NCBI RefSeq assembly: GCF_006345805.1
Contig: NC_043007.1
Span: 21,638,001-21,702,000 of the forward strand
Origin: Octopus sinensis
Lineage: Eukaryota
Direction: 5' to 3'
Length of the DNA stretch: 64,000 bases
Positions 52,947 to 63,894 of the stretch are shown piece by piece. Every line of letters starts with the position of its first letter. Positions within the stretch are counted from its first letter, which is position 1. A program made the position numbers and the translations under genes. The notes beneath the pieces were generated by a model. That model was given only the letters and a program-made list of their open reading frames with translations. It was not told where the DNA came from and searched no databases.

Positions 52947-54262
52947 CTCTTTCATTACCAAGCCGGCTGAAACCAGCTCTGGCTCTGAGTACAAATGTCT
53001 TGTTTTCATAAGTTTTGAATTAAAATCTTCCACCAAACCTTAGTCACAATTTATGTCCCTAAAACTAGCTGAATGATAACTAAGTTATTTTACTAAATTC
53101 TTTATTATATTTAAAGTAATTGAAAAGAACACAGAGCATCTCAAATGGCTGAAACCAGCTCTGGCTCTGTAGTACAAATGTCTTATTTTCATAGGTTCTG
53201 AATTAAAATCTTCCACCAAACCTTAGTCACAATTTATGTTCCTAACACTAGCTGAATGATAACTAAGTTATTTTACTAAATTCTTTATATATTTAAAGTA
53301 ATTGAAAAGAACACAGAGCATCTCAAATGGCTGAAACCAGCTCTGGCTCTGTAGTACAAATGTCTTATTTTCATAAGTTCTGAATTAAAATCTTCCACCA
53401 AACCTTAGTCACAATTTATGTTCCTAACACTAGCTGAATGATAACTAAGTTATTTTACTAAATTCTTTATTATATTTAAAGTAATTGAAAAGAACACAGA
53501 GCATCTCAAATGGCTGAAACCAGCTCTGGCTCTGTAGTACAAATGTCTTATTTTCATAAGTTCTGAATAAAATCTTCCACCAAACTTAGTCACAATTTAT
53601 GTTCCTAACACTAGCTGAATGATAACTAAGTTATTTTACTAAATTCTTTATTATATTTAAAGTAATTGAAAAGAACACAGAGCATCTCAAATGGCTGAAA
53701 CCAGCTCTGGCTCTGTAGTACAAATGTCTTATTTTCATAAGTTCTGAATTAAAATCTTCCACCAAACCTTAGTCACAATTTATGTTCCTAACACTAGCTG
53801 AATGATAACTAAGTTATTTTACTAAATTCTTTATTATATTTAAAGTAATTGAAAAGAACACAGAGCATCTCAAATGGCTGAAACCAGCTCTGGCTCTGTA
53901 GTACAAATGTCTTATTTTCATAAGTTCTGAATTAAAATCTTCCACCAAACCTTAGTCACAATTTATGTTCCTAACACTAGCTGAATGATAACTAAGTTAT
54001 TTTACTAAATTCTTTATTATATTTAAAGTAATTGAAAAGAACACAGAGCATCTCAAATGGCTGAAACCAGCTCTGGCTCTGTAGTACAAATGTCTTGTTT
54101 TCATAAGTTCTAAATTAAAATCTTCCACCAAACCTTAGTCACAATTAATGTTCCTAACACTAGCTTAATGGTAACTAAGTTATTTTACTAAATTCTTTGT
54201 AATATTTAAAATTGATTAAAAGAAACACAGAGCATCTCAACAGAAATACAGCAACGAAAAGG
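52947..54262 (+). repeat. piggyBac-type MITE whose ~182-bp interior is tandemly amplified 7 times, inserted into a SINE
   Basis: TTAA at 52943-52946 and 54263-54266. Unit starts (ggctgaaaccagctct) are at 52965, 53147, 53329, 53512, 53693, 53876 and 54059. The flanks rejoin as SINE sequence ctaaaccc-ttaa-aggtggtgccccagcatgg. Confidence 0.9.
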
Positions 54263-54459
54263 TTAAAGGTGGTGCCCCAGCATGGCCAAAGCCCAATAAC
54301 TGAAATAAGTAAACGATAAAAGAATTCATATCTACTTTCTCATACTGTAATTAAACCTGGCCACAAAACATTTTTCTAACTTCATAATAAGGAAAAAAAC
54401 ATCCACTTAACTCACATTTTGAAGTGTTTTTGTTGCTGAGTATTTATATTGTTCTGCAG

Positions 54460-54463
54460 AATG
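54460..54463 (+). CDS. Candidate 4-nt microexon (AATG), phase 0 to 1
   Basis: attgttctgcag|AATG|gtaagc places a canonical acceptor and donor 4 nt apart. Including it restores frame between KPDVTLTST and AVEADSMEP. Confidence 0.45.
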
Positions 54464-54539
54464 GTAAGCGCCGACTTTCAAGCGATGACTAAGCACTTGT
54501 CTATTTGTTGGGTTTCCAAGAACAGCTCTCTCTCTTTAA

Positions 54540-54920
54540 CTCTTTTACTTGTTTCAGTCATTTGACTGTGGCCATGCCGGAGCACTGCCTTTTAGTCGAG
54601 CAAATCGACCCCCAGGACTTATTCTTTGTAAGCCCAGTACTTATTCTATCGGTCTCTTTTGCCAAACCGCTAAGTTATGGGGACGTAAACATACCACCAT
54701 CGGTTGTCGAGCAATGATAGGGGGACAAACACAGACACACATACATATATATATACGACGGGCTTCTTTCAGTTTCCGTCTACCAAATCCACTCACAAGG
54801 CTTTGGTCGGCACGGCGCTATAGTAGAAGACAGTTACCCAAGGTGCCACGCAGTGGGACTGAACCCAGAACCATGTGGTTGGTAAGCAAGCTACTTACCA
54901 CACAGCCACACCTATGCCTA
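54540..54920 (-). mobile_element. SINE family A
   Basis: Reverse-complement match to family A. Confidence 0.85.
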
Positions 54921-54923
54921 TTC

Positions 54924-55337
54924 TTATTTCTTTACTGCCCACAAGGGGCTAAACATAGAGAGGACAAACAAGGACAGACAAACGGATTAAGTTGATTACA
55001 TCGACCCCAGTGTTTAACTGGTACTTATTTAATCGACCCCAAAAGGATGAAAGGCAAAGTCGACCTCGGCGGAATTTGAACTCAAAACATAGCGGCAGAC
55101 AAAATACCTATTTCTTACTATTCGCAAGAGGCTAAACACAGAGGGGACAAACAAGGACAGACAAAGGGATTAAGTCGATTACATCGACCCCAGTGCATAA
55201 CTGGTACTTATTTAATCGACCCGAAAGGATGAAAGGCTAAGTTGACCTCGGCGAAATTTGAACTCAGAACATAGAGGCAGACGAAATACCGCTAAGCATT
55301 TTGCCTGGCATGCTAACGTCTCTGCCAGCTCGCCACC
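54924..55337 (-). mobile_element. SINE family B, dimeric form, flanked by a duplicated family A head segment
   Basis: Junction at ~55099-55118. taccacacagccac(a/t)cct..gcctat lies on both sides (54897-54921 and 55339-55364). Confidence 0.8.
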
Positions 55338-55795
55338 CTACCACACAGCCACTCCTACGCCTATAATTAGATTTGTAATTACTTTAGCAAACACAAGCCT
55401 CTAATGTGCAGGACATTGACAGTTTTGTTCGTATGCAAGGGTGCAATACTATAACAGAGTATTCTGCATAATTGATATCACAGCATACATGCCTTTGAGA
55501 TGGAGCTGTCAAATCAAATATGACTTCTGATGACTCTGTGCAGTAAGGCATACTTAACATATCACAGATGTAGTTTTTGCCTCTAGTGTTCTTTTTCTTT
55601 GCTACTGGTGTGGAGGTCATTGACAGGTTTGTTTATAAATGCAAGGGGGAGCTATACCATGATAGAATATTCTACATAATCAATATAACAGAATAAGTGG
55701 CTATGGAATGGAGCTTTCAAATCCAATATGACTTCTGGTGGTCTTATGAAGCAAGGCTTTCCTAATATATTACAGAGCTAGTTTTACCTCTAGAG

Positions 55796-56014
55796 CTGTG
55801 GTTTTCAATCAGGGTTCCGCGGAACCATACGGTTCTGCCAGTACAGTCCAGGGATTCTGCAAGAAGTTACAAAACTGCTAAAATCGGCAGTAATTTTTAA
55901 TTCTCCTGTGCAGATATGTGTGCATAAGACTATTAAATTATTGCACAGGGGTTCCTCGAGCCAGTGGAATGTTTCCTTGGGGTTCCGCTCCAGCAAAAAG
56001 TTTGAAAAGCACTG
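55796..56014. mobile_element. hAT (Charlie/Buster-type) MITE
   Basis: 8-bp target duplication CTCTAGAG at 55788-55795 and 56015-56022, with imperfect TIRs ctgtggttttcaa/ttgaaaagcactg. Confidence 0.85.
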
Positions 56015-56823
56015 CTCTAGAGTTTTATTTTTCACTATTCGTGTAATATAACTTAGTACTTAAAATAGCTATCTATGTATCATACTTAATGCAAATACAT
56101 CATGGAAAGCCAACTTAGCTGTAGTGTTTGTCACCAGCTAATTGCAGTGCCAGTGAATTTGCAATCACTGTTTTCCAACAGTGATGATGGATTTAGGTCG
56201 TTGCCAGTACCGCCTGACTGGCCCCCATGCCGGTGGCACATAAAAGTACCCACTACACTCTCAGAGTGGTTGGCATTAGGAAGGGCATCCAGCTGTAGAA
56301 ACTCTGCCAGATCAAGATTGAAGCCTGGTACAGCCATCTAGTTCGCCAGCCCTCAGGCATTCATCCGACCTACGCTAGCATGGAAAGCGGACGTTAAACA
56401 ATGATGATGATGATGATGATGCAATTGCCAGTGAGTACATGCTACTGACAAAGCCCAACAATGCAGAAATGCGTGTCTAGCATTCTTACTTCTGCTGCTG
56501 GATGATTTTCATCTGCTACTGATGTATTTGCGTGAATACCACAGGTAATTCATTAATACAAGGGATTCTGAGAGACCAGTGTTTCGACATGTTGTGTCTC
56601 ATCAGTGAGAGGCACCCAAACCAATGAATCTGACAAGAGCCAATGTTCTTCTTTATAATTTCAGCAAACAATTTATTCATTGATCCTTGCTCGCCAAAAA
56701 TAGTTGTATGCATTGTGAACAGTGAGATTACAAATGATGCATAGTTATTCTTAAAGCATTCCAGCAGATTCAAGTATGAATATGTTGTGTTTTGTTGCAG
56801 GAGAATAGCTTCTTTATTATAAA

Positions 56824-57326
56824 CTAGCAGTATCGCCCAGCGTTGCTCGGGTTTGTAAGGGAAATAACTATATAAGCATTTTTAGAGAGTTACTTCCCTT
56901 ATAAATTTGGGCTTTCTTAGCCATTTTTGTTTTGGTGTCTTCAAGCCATGAAGTCGTTGTTCTAAAAGAATGCTGGTTTCCTTCACAACGCATTACGACG
57001 TTGATTTATTTACACTCCCTTCCCCACAGCTTCACGAGGGAGGGAAGGGGGAGAAGCAAACAGGTGCAGCTGTGAGCGTGGACGCCAACTCCACCGCCAT
57101 CGACACGATGCATTTTATGCATTAAAATGGAATAAAAATGATGTTAAATTATTTTTAAAATCGTAGACTCATCGTTGACGCGCGCTAATAGTCAGACGGG
57201 CTCGATATGAATCACGACTATAAGATACCCGAATTTGGTTAAACTGCACCGCAAAATGTGGGAGGAGTTAGGAATCTAAATCGAAGGGGACAGACACTCA
57301 CACAACTAGAGTTTTATATATATAGA
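56824..57326 (-). mobile_element. Non-autonomous Helitron
   Basis: Shares the 3' terminus (cccgagcaacgctgggcgatactgCTAG) and a similar 5' terminus with 20812-21205 but has a different interior. Confidence 0.8.
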
Positions 57327-58361
57327 TATGTGTTTATAACACACTTGGTTCGTTAGTACAAGGGATTTTGAGACACTACTGTTTTGGCGTGTTTTATCAA
57401 CCCAAAGCAGAGAAGTATAACAAGAACCAGTGGTTTTGTTTATAATTTCAGCAGACAAACTGTTTGCTGATCTCTGCTGATATCTAAATAAAATAAATAA
57501 ATGCACCCTTTTAAAGCCTAGCCAAGCTCATGGGCCCAGTTTCCTGGTTTCTGTTGCGTATGTGTTGCCCAGCTGGACAGGGCGCCAGTCCATTGCAGCG
57601 TTACTCATTTTTGCCAGCTGAGTGGACTGGAGCAACGTGAAATGAAGTGTTTTGCTCAAGAACACAATGCGTCACCCAGTCTAGGAATCGAAACCACAAT
57701 CTTACGATCATGGTGCTGACACCCTAACCACTAAGCCACGTGCCTCCTCCTACTGATATCTACCAACCCATAATAGTCATGTGCATGATAAACACGTTGA
57801 AATTAATAACAAGGCCATTAGCTCATTTTAGATTCATTAGTCCAGGTGTTTATAGCTAAAGAGAAACACTGACTTTCCCAGAAACACTTTTATTAATGAA
57901 TCTGTGTGATATGAACTCCTATTCGTCTTAAAAGAGAAGTTCTTTCCTTTTGATGTAACACAGCACCATTTAGCATATTCACATTAAACCCTGTCAGAAT
58001 GTATAAAGAATAGATATGCAAGTTGTCAGAATAATAATAATAACGATAATAATAATCTTTTCTACTAAAGGCACAAGGCGTGAAATTTGTTGGAGGGGTG
58101 GGGCTAGTCGATTAGATCAACCCTCGGTATGTAACTGGTACTTAATTTATCGACCCCAAAAGGATGGAAGGCAGAGTTGACGGCAGCAGAATATGAACTC
58201 AGAGCGTAGCAATGGGCAAAATACTGCCAAACATTTTGTCCTGTGTCTTAACAATTCTGCCAGCTCACTGCCATTATAATAATAGTAATAATAATAATAA
58301 TCATAATAATAATAATAATAATAATAATAATAGTAATAGTAATAATAATAATAATAATAAT

Positions 58362-58842
58362 TTCTTTATTTACCTCTAAGGGTTTACAAAATAATGTCTG
58401 GGACGGTACTGGTCTATATAAAGTGGTGTTACATAAAGAAGTATATAAAAAGTATAAAAAAGAGATAAAATAAATTCTAACAATGAATAATTCCCCAAAA
58501 GACAGAGACATCCTAGGGCTGCTCATGGAAACCCCACAAAACCACAGTTACCCTGATCACTAGAGCAAGTGCCCTCTCCACATCATTCTCTTTCAATTTA
58601 CAAGTGAACGCTCAGAGTAGGTCTGTTCGCTCAGACCATTTTTGCCATATTGGACCCTACCTCTTCAAAAAAATTGCTAGGAGGCAGCACTTCCTGTTAT
58701 CTACCCTCACTTTCCTTTTCAAGTGAAACTTGAAGATGTTGATGAGGTCTTGGCAAAAGAAGAAATAATCTGTCTCTAAGCCTTTCAATCTGGTCCACCA
58801 CACAGCCTTTTTCCCTAAGGCTACCAGACAAATAAGCTCTGG
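58362..58842 (-). mobile_element. Tx1/L1-like LINE 3' fragment
   Basis: LICLVALGKKAVWWTR...FKFHLKRKVRVD resembles the Tx1 ORF2 C-terminus and ends aataaagaaa(tta)n. A relative lies at ~32345-32755 (+). Confidence 0.55.
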
Positions 58843-59130
58843 CTTGTCTTGTCTTGAGACACCATTCACCCGGGGTGGGTTGAGCTGGCTTCATTCATCC
58901 TCAATGCTGCATCTCTCACAAACGCCGACCAGACCTGGCGATTTGAGGCTAACGACCGCGTGATCTCCAACCACTCCTTATTCCAGTGGCAAACGCCATA
59001 GATATGGGGGCCTAGGTTGGGTTCCAGATCAGCCTTGACTGTCATCAGCCAGGTTTTTCGTTGTCCACCACATCGCTTTCGCCAACCCTGAGGGGGAGCT
59101 GGGGCAATTGCTTTGTAGATGAATTCTCCT
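58843..59130 (-). mobile_element. RTE LINE 3' fragment, same family as 43677-44103
   Basis: Reverse complement of ~43812-44102, including the (caaga)n tail. Confidence 0.8.
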
Positions 59131-59927
59131 GCTTATCCTTCCAGACCAAAGGCAGTGGGACAATCTTCACAACCTCTGTACATTACTTTCTCAAGTCCTA
59201 GGATTTATAGGGCCAGTGGCCAAAATCACAACATTCCCCTGGATAGAATGCCAGTCCTTCATGGGATTTACTCATTTACAGCTGAGTAGATTGGAACAAA
59301 GTGAAATGAAGTGTTTTGCTCAAAAACACAACACACTGCCTAGTCTGGGAATTGAAACTACACTCTTGCAATCATAAGTGCAACACCCTAACTACTAGGC
59401 CACATTCCATATATGTATTATCATGATGATGGTCATCACCATTTGACATCCATTTTCCAGGCTGGTATGGGTGGGACAGTTTATCAGGATCTGGTGAGCT
59501 ACAGTGTCAGCATTGGCATGATCTCTAAAACTGGATGCCCTTCCTAATGCCAAAACCGTACAGGCAGGGTGTACTGGGTCCTTTTTCTTTCGTACCATCA
59601 GCACTGGCAAAATTGCTGCGTAAACTTCCAAGACAGAAAAAGAACAGCTAAAAAGAAAATGCCCCCATTACTAAGGGGCGGGGTGCACAACAGGTTTCCA
59701 CACAGTTTCTATTTACCAAATCCTCTCACAAGGCTTCGGTTGGCTTGGGGCTATAGCAGAAGACGCTTGCTCCAAGTGCCACACTGTAGGGTTGAACCAG
59801 AAACCTCATGGTTCCAAAGCCAGCTTCTTAACCACAGCAATGCTTGCACCTATTTTTTTCATATTGTGTGGGGGAAAAAACTGATAGGGACCTGAAGTAA
59901 TGCAAGTGTTCTTGCTAATACTTTGAA

Positions 59928-60089
59928 GGCGTAGGAGTGGCTGTGTGGTAAGTAGCTTGCTTATGAACCACATGGTTCCGGGTTCAGTCCCACTGCGTGG
60001 CACCTTGGGCAAGTGTCTGCTACTATAGCCTCGGGCCGACGAAAGCTTTGTGAGTGGATTTGGTAGACGGAAACTGAAAGAAGCCCGTC

Positions 60090-60146
<57 letters not shown>

Positions 60147-60360
60147 TGTTTGTGTGTCTGTGTTTGTCCCCCCAACATCGCTTGACAACCGATGCTGGTG
60201 TATGTACATTCCCATAACTTAGCGGTTCGGCAAAAGAGAGATCAATAGAATAAGTACTAGGCTTACAAAGAATAAATCCTGGGGTCGATTTGCTCGTCTA
60301 AAGGTGGTGCTCCAGCATGGCCACCATCAAATGACTGAAACAAATAAAAGAGTAAAGAGT
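59928..60360 (+). mobile_element. SINE family A
   Basis: Full-length match to family A. Confidence 0.85.
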
Positions 60361-60606
60361 AAATAATGGAAACAAGCAGATAGAAATTCAAAGAATCAAT
60401 AGGCACAGGCGTGGCTGTGAGGTCAAGAAGCTTGCTTTTCAACCATGTGGTTTTAGGTTCAATTCTGCTATGCAGCACGTGTGCCTTTGTGAGTGAATTT
60501 GATAGACAGAAAGTGTGTAGATGCTTGTCATATGTATGTGTGTTGCTGTTGGCGACTTCTTTTCCTTCTTCGAACATTTCCCTTTCTCCTTTCTACTGAA
60601 GAGCTT

Positions 60607-60647
60607 CTCCTTCCTAATGAAGAGCTATGGCTCGAAACATCAAAGCC
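60607..60647 (+). ncRNA. Degenerate minimal hammerhead motif
   Basis: CUUC-CUAAUGA-A-GAGC(UAUG)GCUC-GAAAC-AUC-AAAG. This differs from CUGAUGA...GAAACGUC by two G>A changes. Confidence 0.45.
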
Positions 60648-60735
60648 CTTTCTTTCTACCCCTAGCATCAAACTAATACATTCCTTGTGCACATCCTTTT
60701 GTCTGTTAATTTTATTATTTATTTATCTGAATTGG

Positions 60736-60769
<34 letters not shown>

Positions 60770-60811
60770 GGCTTCCCTTTGCAAATACTGATAGGGCACA
60801 GAAAGTGTGTC

Positions 60812-61100
60812 AGTTAGTTAGTTAGTTAATTTTTTGGCTCAAAAAGCAAAAAGCAAGGCCATGTAGGGGGACATGGAGTTATGTACAGGGTGGTGTTCAT
60901 GTAAAGAGTTCAGGCCACTTGAGGTCAAGGGAGACCTTGAACCGAGCGGTCGTCGGCATCCCCACCATCTCTTCTGGCAGCCCATTCCACAGATCTGCAA
61001 CCCGGACGGAGAATGCCTCTCTCCTTCGATTGAGCCGGAATGACCCGGCAGCCGACGCTCTGGAGCAGGAGTGAAGAACAGCTCTTTCGAGAGGTTACAC
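60812..61100 (-). mobile_element. CR1-clade LINE 3' fragment, same family as 9513-9892
   Basis: CNLSKELFFTPAPERRL is shared with the other copy. It has the same 3' UTR and a (taac)n tail. Confidence 0.85.
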
Positions 61101-61876
61101 GGTGCCTTCCTGGGGCTACAAGCTACAGTAGCATCCACCCTTAAGGGTTAGCCACATTTAAGTGGCAAATATACTTCACGATATATATATATATATATAT
61201 GTTTATTGAGCAAAAGCAGCTAAAGCTCCGCCAGGGGGTGGTGGTGATCCCTGCTGTACTCTTTCACCACAACTTTCTCTCTCTCTTTCTTCTGTTGGCC
61301 TGTTCGCTTAGCCAGTGGGGTGGTGTCATTTCAAGGCTAAAACAATGCGAAGCGCATTGTGACCAGCGATGTGTAGCAACATCTGATAGCCTGGTCGGTC
61401 ACGGTGATATGTATATATGTATATATTTGTGTGTGTGTGTGTGTTGGTTTAATGCTTAAATGCATTTTGTAGAAATTTTTTCTTCTTCACATAAAGAGTA
61501 GATGTAATAAGCAATTCTTATAACATTATTATAAAAAGCTTAAGAAAAACTATTCCACATTTGTTATCAATAGTGAACATTATGATGATTATTATTATTA
61601 TTCTTGTTGTTGTTATATAATTGTTCAACATTTGGTATTTTGAGGCAAATTTCTACACCTGTGTGTTGCTGAGGTACATGCACTGTTGTGTGTTCTTTTC
61701 TGTTTTTGTTTGTTCTGGTAGATTCTGTGAGAGCAGACAGCAACCTACCGTCAAAGGTCTCACAGGGCCTCTTTCCGCACATTATAAGCTTTGATACTTG
61801 ATTGTTAATTACCTTGGGAGACATTCAACATTCAAGTAACGCCCTCAAAATCCTAGCTGTCCCCAGCAGAGCAGTT

Positions 61877-61907
<31 letters not shown>

Positions 61908-62051
61908 CCCACTTGGTAAATATTATCAGGGGACATTTCTGTAATTTTAGAAATTGCCATATATTTTAATTCCATAATGTTTGTTAAAAGCATTAAAAAA
62001 ATTTTGTTTTTAATATTATAAAGGCTTTTGTTTCACTTTTTTTATATTCAG

Positions 62052-62109
62052 CTGTTGAAGCCGATTCTATGGAACCGATTTCTCCAGAAAACCAACAAAG
62101 GAGAGACAG
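62052..62109 (+). CDS. Internal coding exon (58 nt), (A)VEADSMEPISPENQQRRD in phase 1
   Basis: Acceptor tttttatattcag| and donor CAG|gtaagc, in unique sequence. Phase 0 (LLKPILWNRFLQKTNKGET) is also open; phase 2 has a stop. Confidence 0.72.
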
Positions 62110-63666
62110 GTAAGCTTTTTCCAATATCATTATATGCAAATAGTTTTCATGTGGTTAGATTTTTTTCACTCACTGCATTTCCAACATCCCCATCACTGCA
62201 CCTTCCTTCACACATCATCATCATCATCATCTAGTACCTTCCTTCACACTCACACAAATATACTTACCCATCCATACCACATCTCTTTTATTCACCTCCC
62301 TGTAACTTAAGGGTACATACTCACACATGTTCTTTCCCATGTGCAATAGCCATATATCTCCCTACAGCAAGACACCTGTTCTGGTCCCTCTGTCATATTT
62401 TAACCTCTCATCACCTGTCATAAAGTCACCTTCCTCAATATCACTCCCCTCTCAGTCAAGGAGCCTTCTCTTGTGAGTTACTTGGGAACCTCACTAATGT
62501 CGGTGCCATGTAAAACCACTGTGAAGTGGTTGGCATTAGGAACGGCATCAAGCTATAGAAACTGTGCCAAAGTGAACATTGGTGCTTGGCACACTCCTCT
62601 GGCTCACTAGCCCATCAAACCATCGAATCCATTCCAGCATGGAAAAAGGGACATTAAATAATGGGGATGACAACAATGACCCTTGTTATTATTATTATCA
62701 TTATTATTATTATCATTATCATTATTATTATTATTATGATGATGATGATGAAGAAGATAGGAAACTAGCTGAATCATTAGCATATTGGACAAAATTGCTG
62801 GACATTTCGTCTATTCTGAGCCTTTTTACATTCTGAGTTCAAAATCTGCTGAGGTCAACTTTTTAGCACTGGGGGTCAATGTAATTGACTTAACTACTCC
62901 TGGGTAAGAGTATAAATAAACTGCACCACCCCTCTGCCAAGCCATGTCGAGTCAGTGTAGCAGAGTAGACTCATCAAACCAGTATGATTTCAAGTTCAAA
63001 TTCATCAGACTGGATGGAAGAGCGAACATGCTGAGGCCTTCGTCCTGCAGTGGACTGAGCATAGGCAGTCCAGTCCAATCCAATCCAGTCCAGTCCAGAG
63101 AAAAAAACTGCAGTGATAGGAATAAGTCCTGGGCTCACAAAGAACAAGTCCTGGGGCTTTGTGTGGTTATGAAGCTCATTTTTCAACCTCATGATTTCTG
63201 GTTCAGTCCTACTGTACAGCACCTTGGGCAAGTATCTTCTATTATTGCCCTAGACTGACCAATATGCTGTGAGTGAATTTTGTAGACAGAAACTGTGTGG
63301 AAGCCTGTCAAATATATATGTATATATATATATACGTTGATCGTTGTCAGTGCCGCCTGACTAGTGCCCCGTGCCAGTGGCACGTAAAAACCACCATCCA
63401 AATGTGGTCGATGCCAGTGATGGGAAACAAAGACACATGCACACAGTTATGTATATATGGCAGGCTTCTTTCAGTTTCCATCTACCAAATCCACTCACTA
63501 GACTTTGGTTGGCCCAATGTTATAGTAGAAGACACTTGCCCAAGGTACCACACAGTGGGACTGAACCTGGAGCCATGTGGTTCAGAAGCAAGTTTCTTAT
63601 CACACAGATATGCCAGCGCCAATGATGGTGATATATAGTATATATATACATATATATATATATTAT

Positions 63667-63702
<36 letters not shown>

Positions 63703-63715
63703 CGTATTTATTGTA

Positions 63716-63894
63716 TACAGATATTTATTTGTATATTACATGTTTTATATATCATATATTAGCGCTTTCGTCCATTCTAGTGGAGTTTTCAAATCGAACT
63801 CAATTTGAAAGTTCAATTTGAAAACTCCACTAGAATGGACGAAAGCGCTATTTATGATGTATAAAAACATGTAATATACAAATAAATATCTGTA
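63716..63894. mobile_element. Fold-back palindrome (~85-bp arms) in (TA)n, Penelope-like, with a hammerhead-like motif on each arm
   Basis: tacagatatttatttg...ttttcaaatcgaact and agttcaatttgaaaa...caaataaatatctgta are near-perfect reverse complements. Motif UUGAAAA-CUCCA(CUAGAA)UGGAC-GAAA-GCGC-UA lies at 63818-63850. Confidence 0.6.

Noticed and set aside
52965-54240. Regular array resembling CRISPR
   Set aside because: Units are contiguous near-identical repeats with no unique spacers, in eukaryotic DNA with no cas genes. The same applies to 8908-9115 and 16840-17078.
4416-63638. Recurrent ORFs such as ARGYSRRHLPKVPRSGTEPGTMWLVSKLLTTQ and FLQLDALPNANHSESVV
   Set aside because: They are translations of SINE family A and the RTE 3' UTR repeat, not a gene family.
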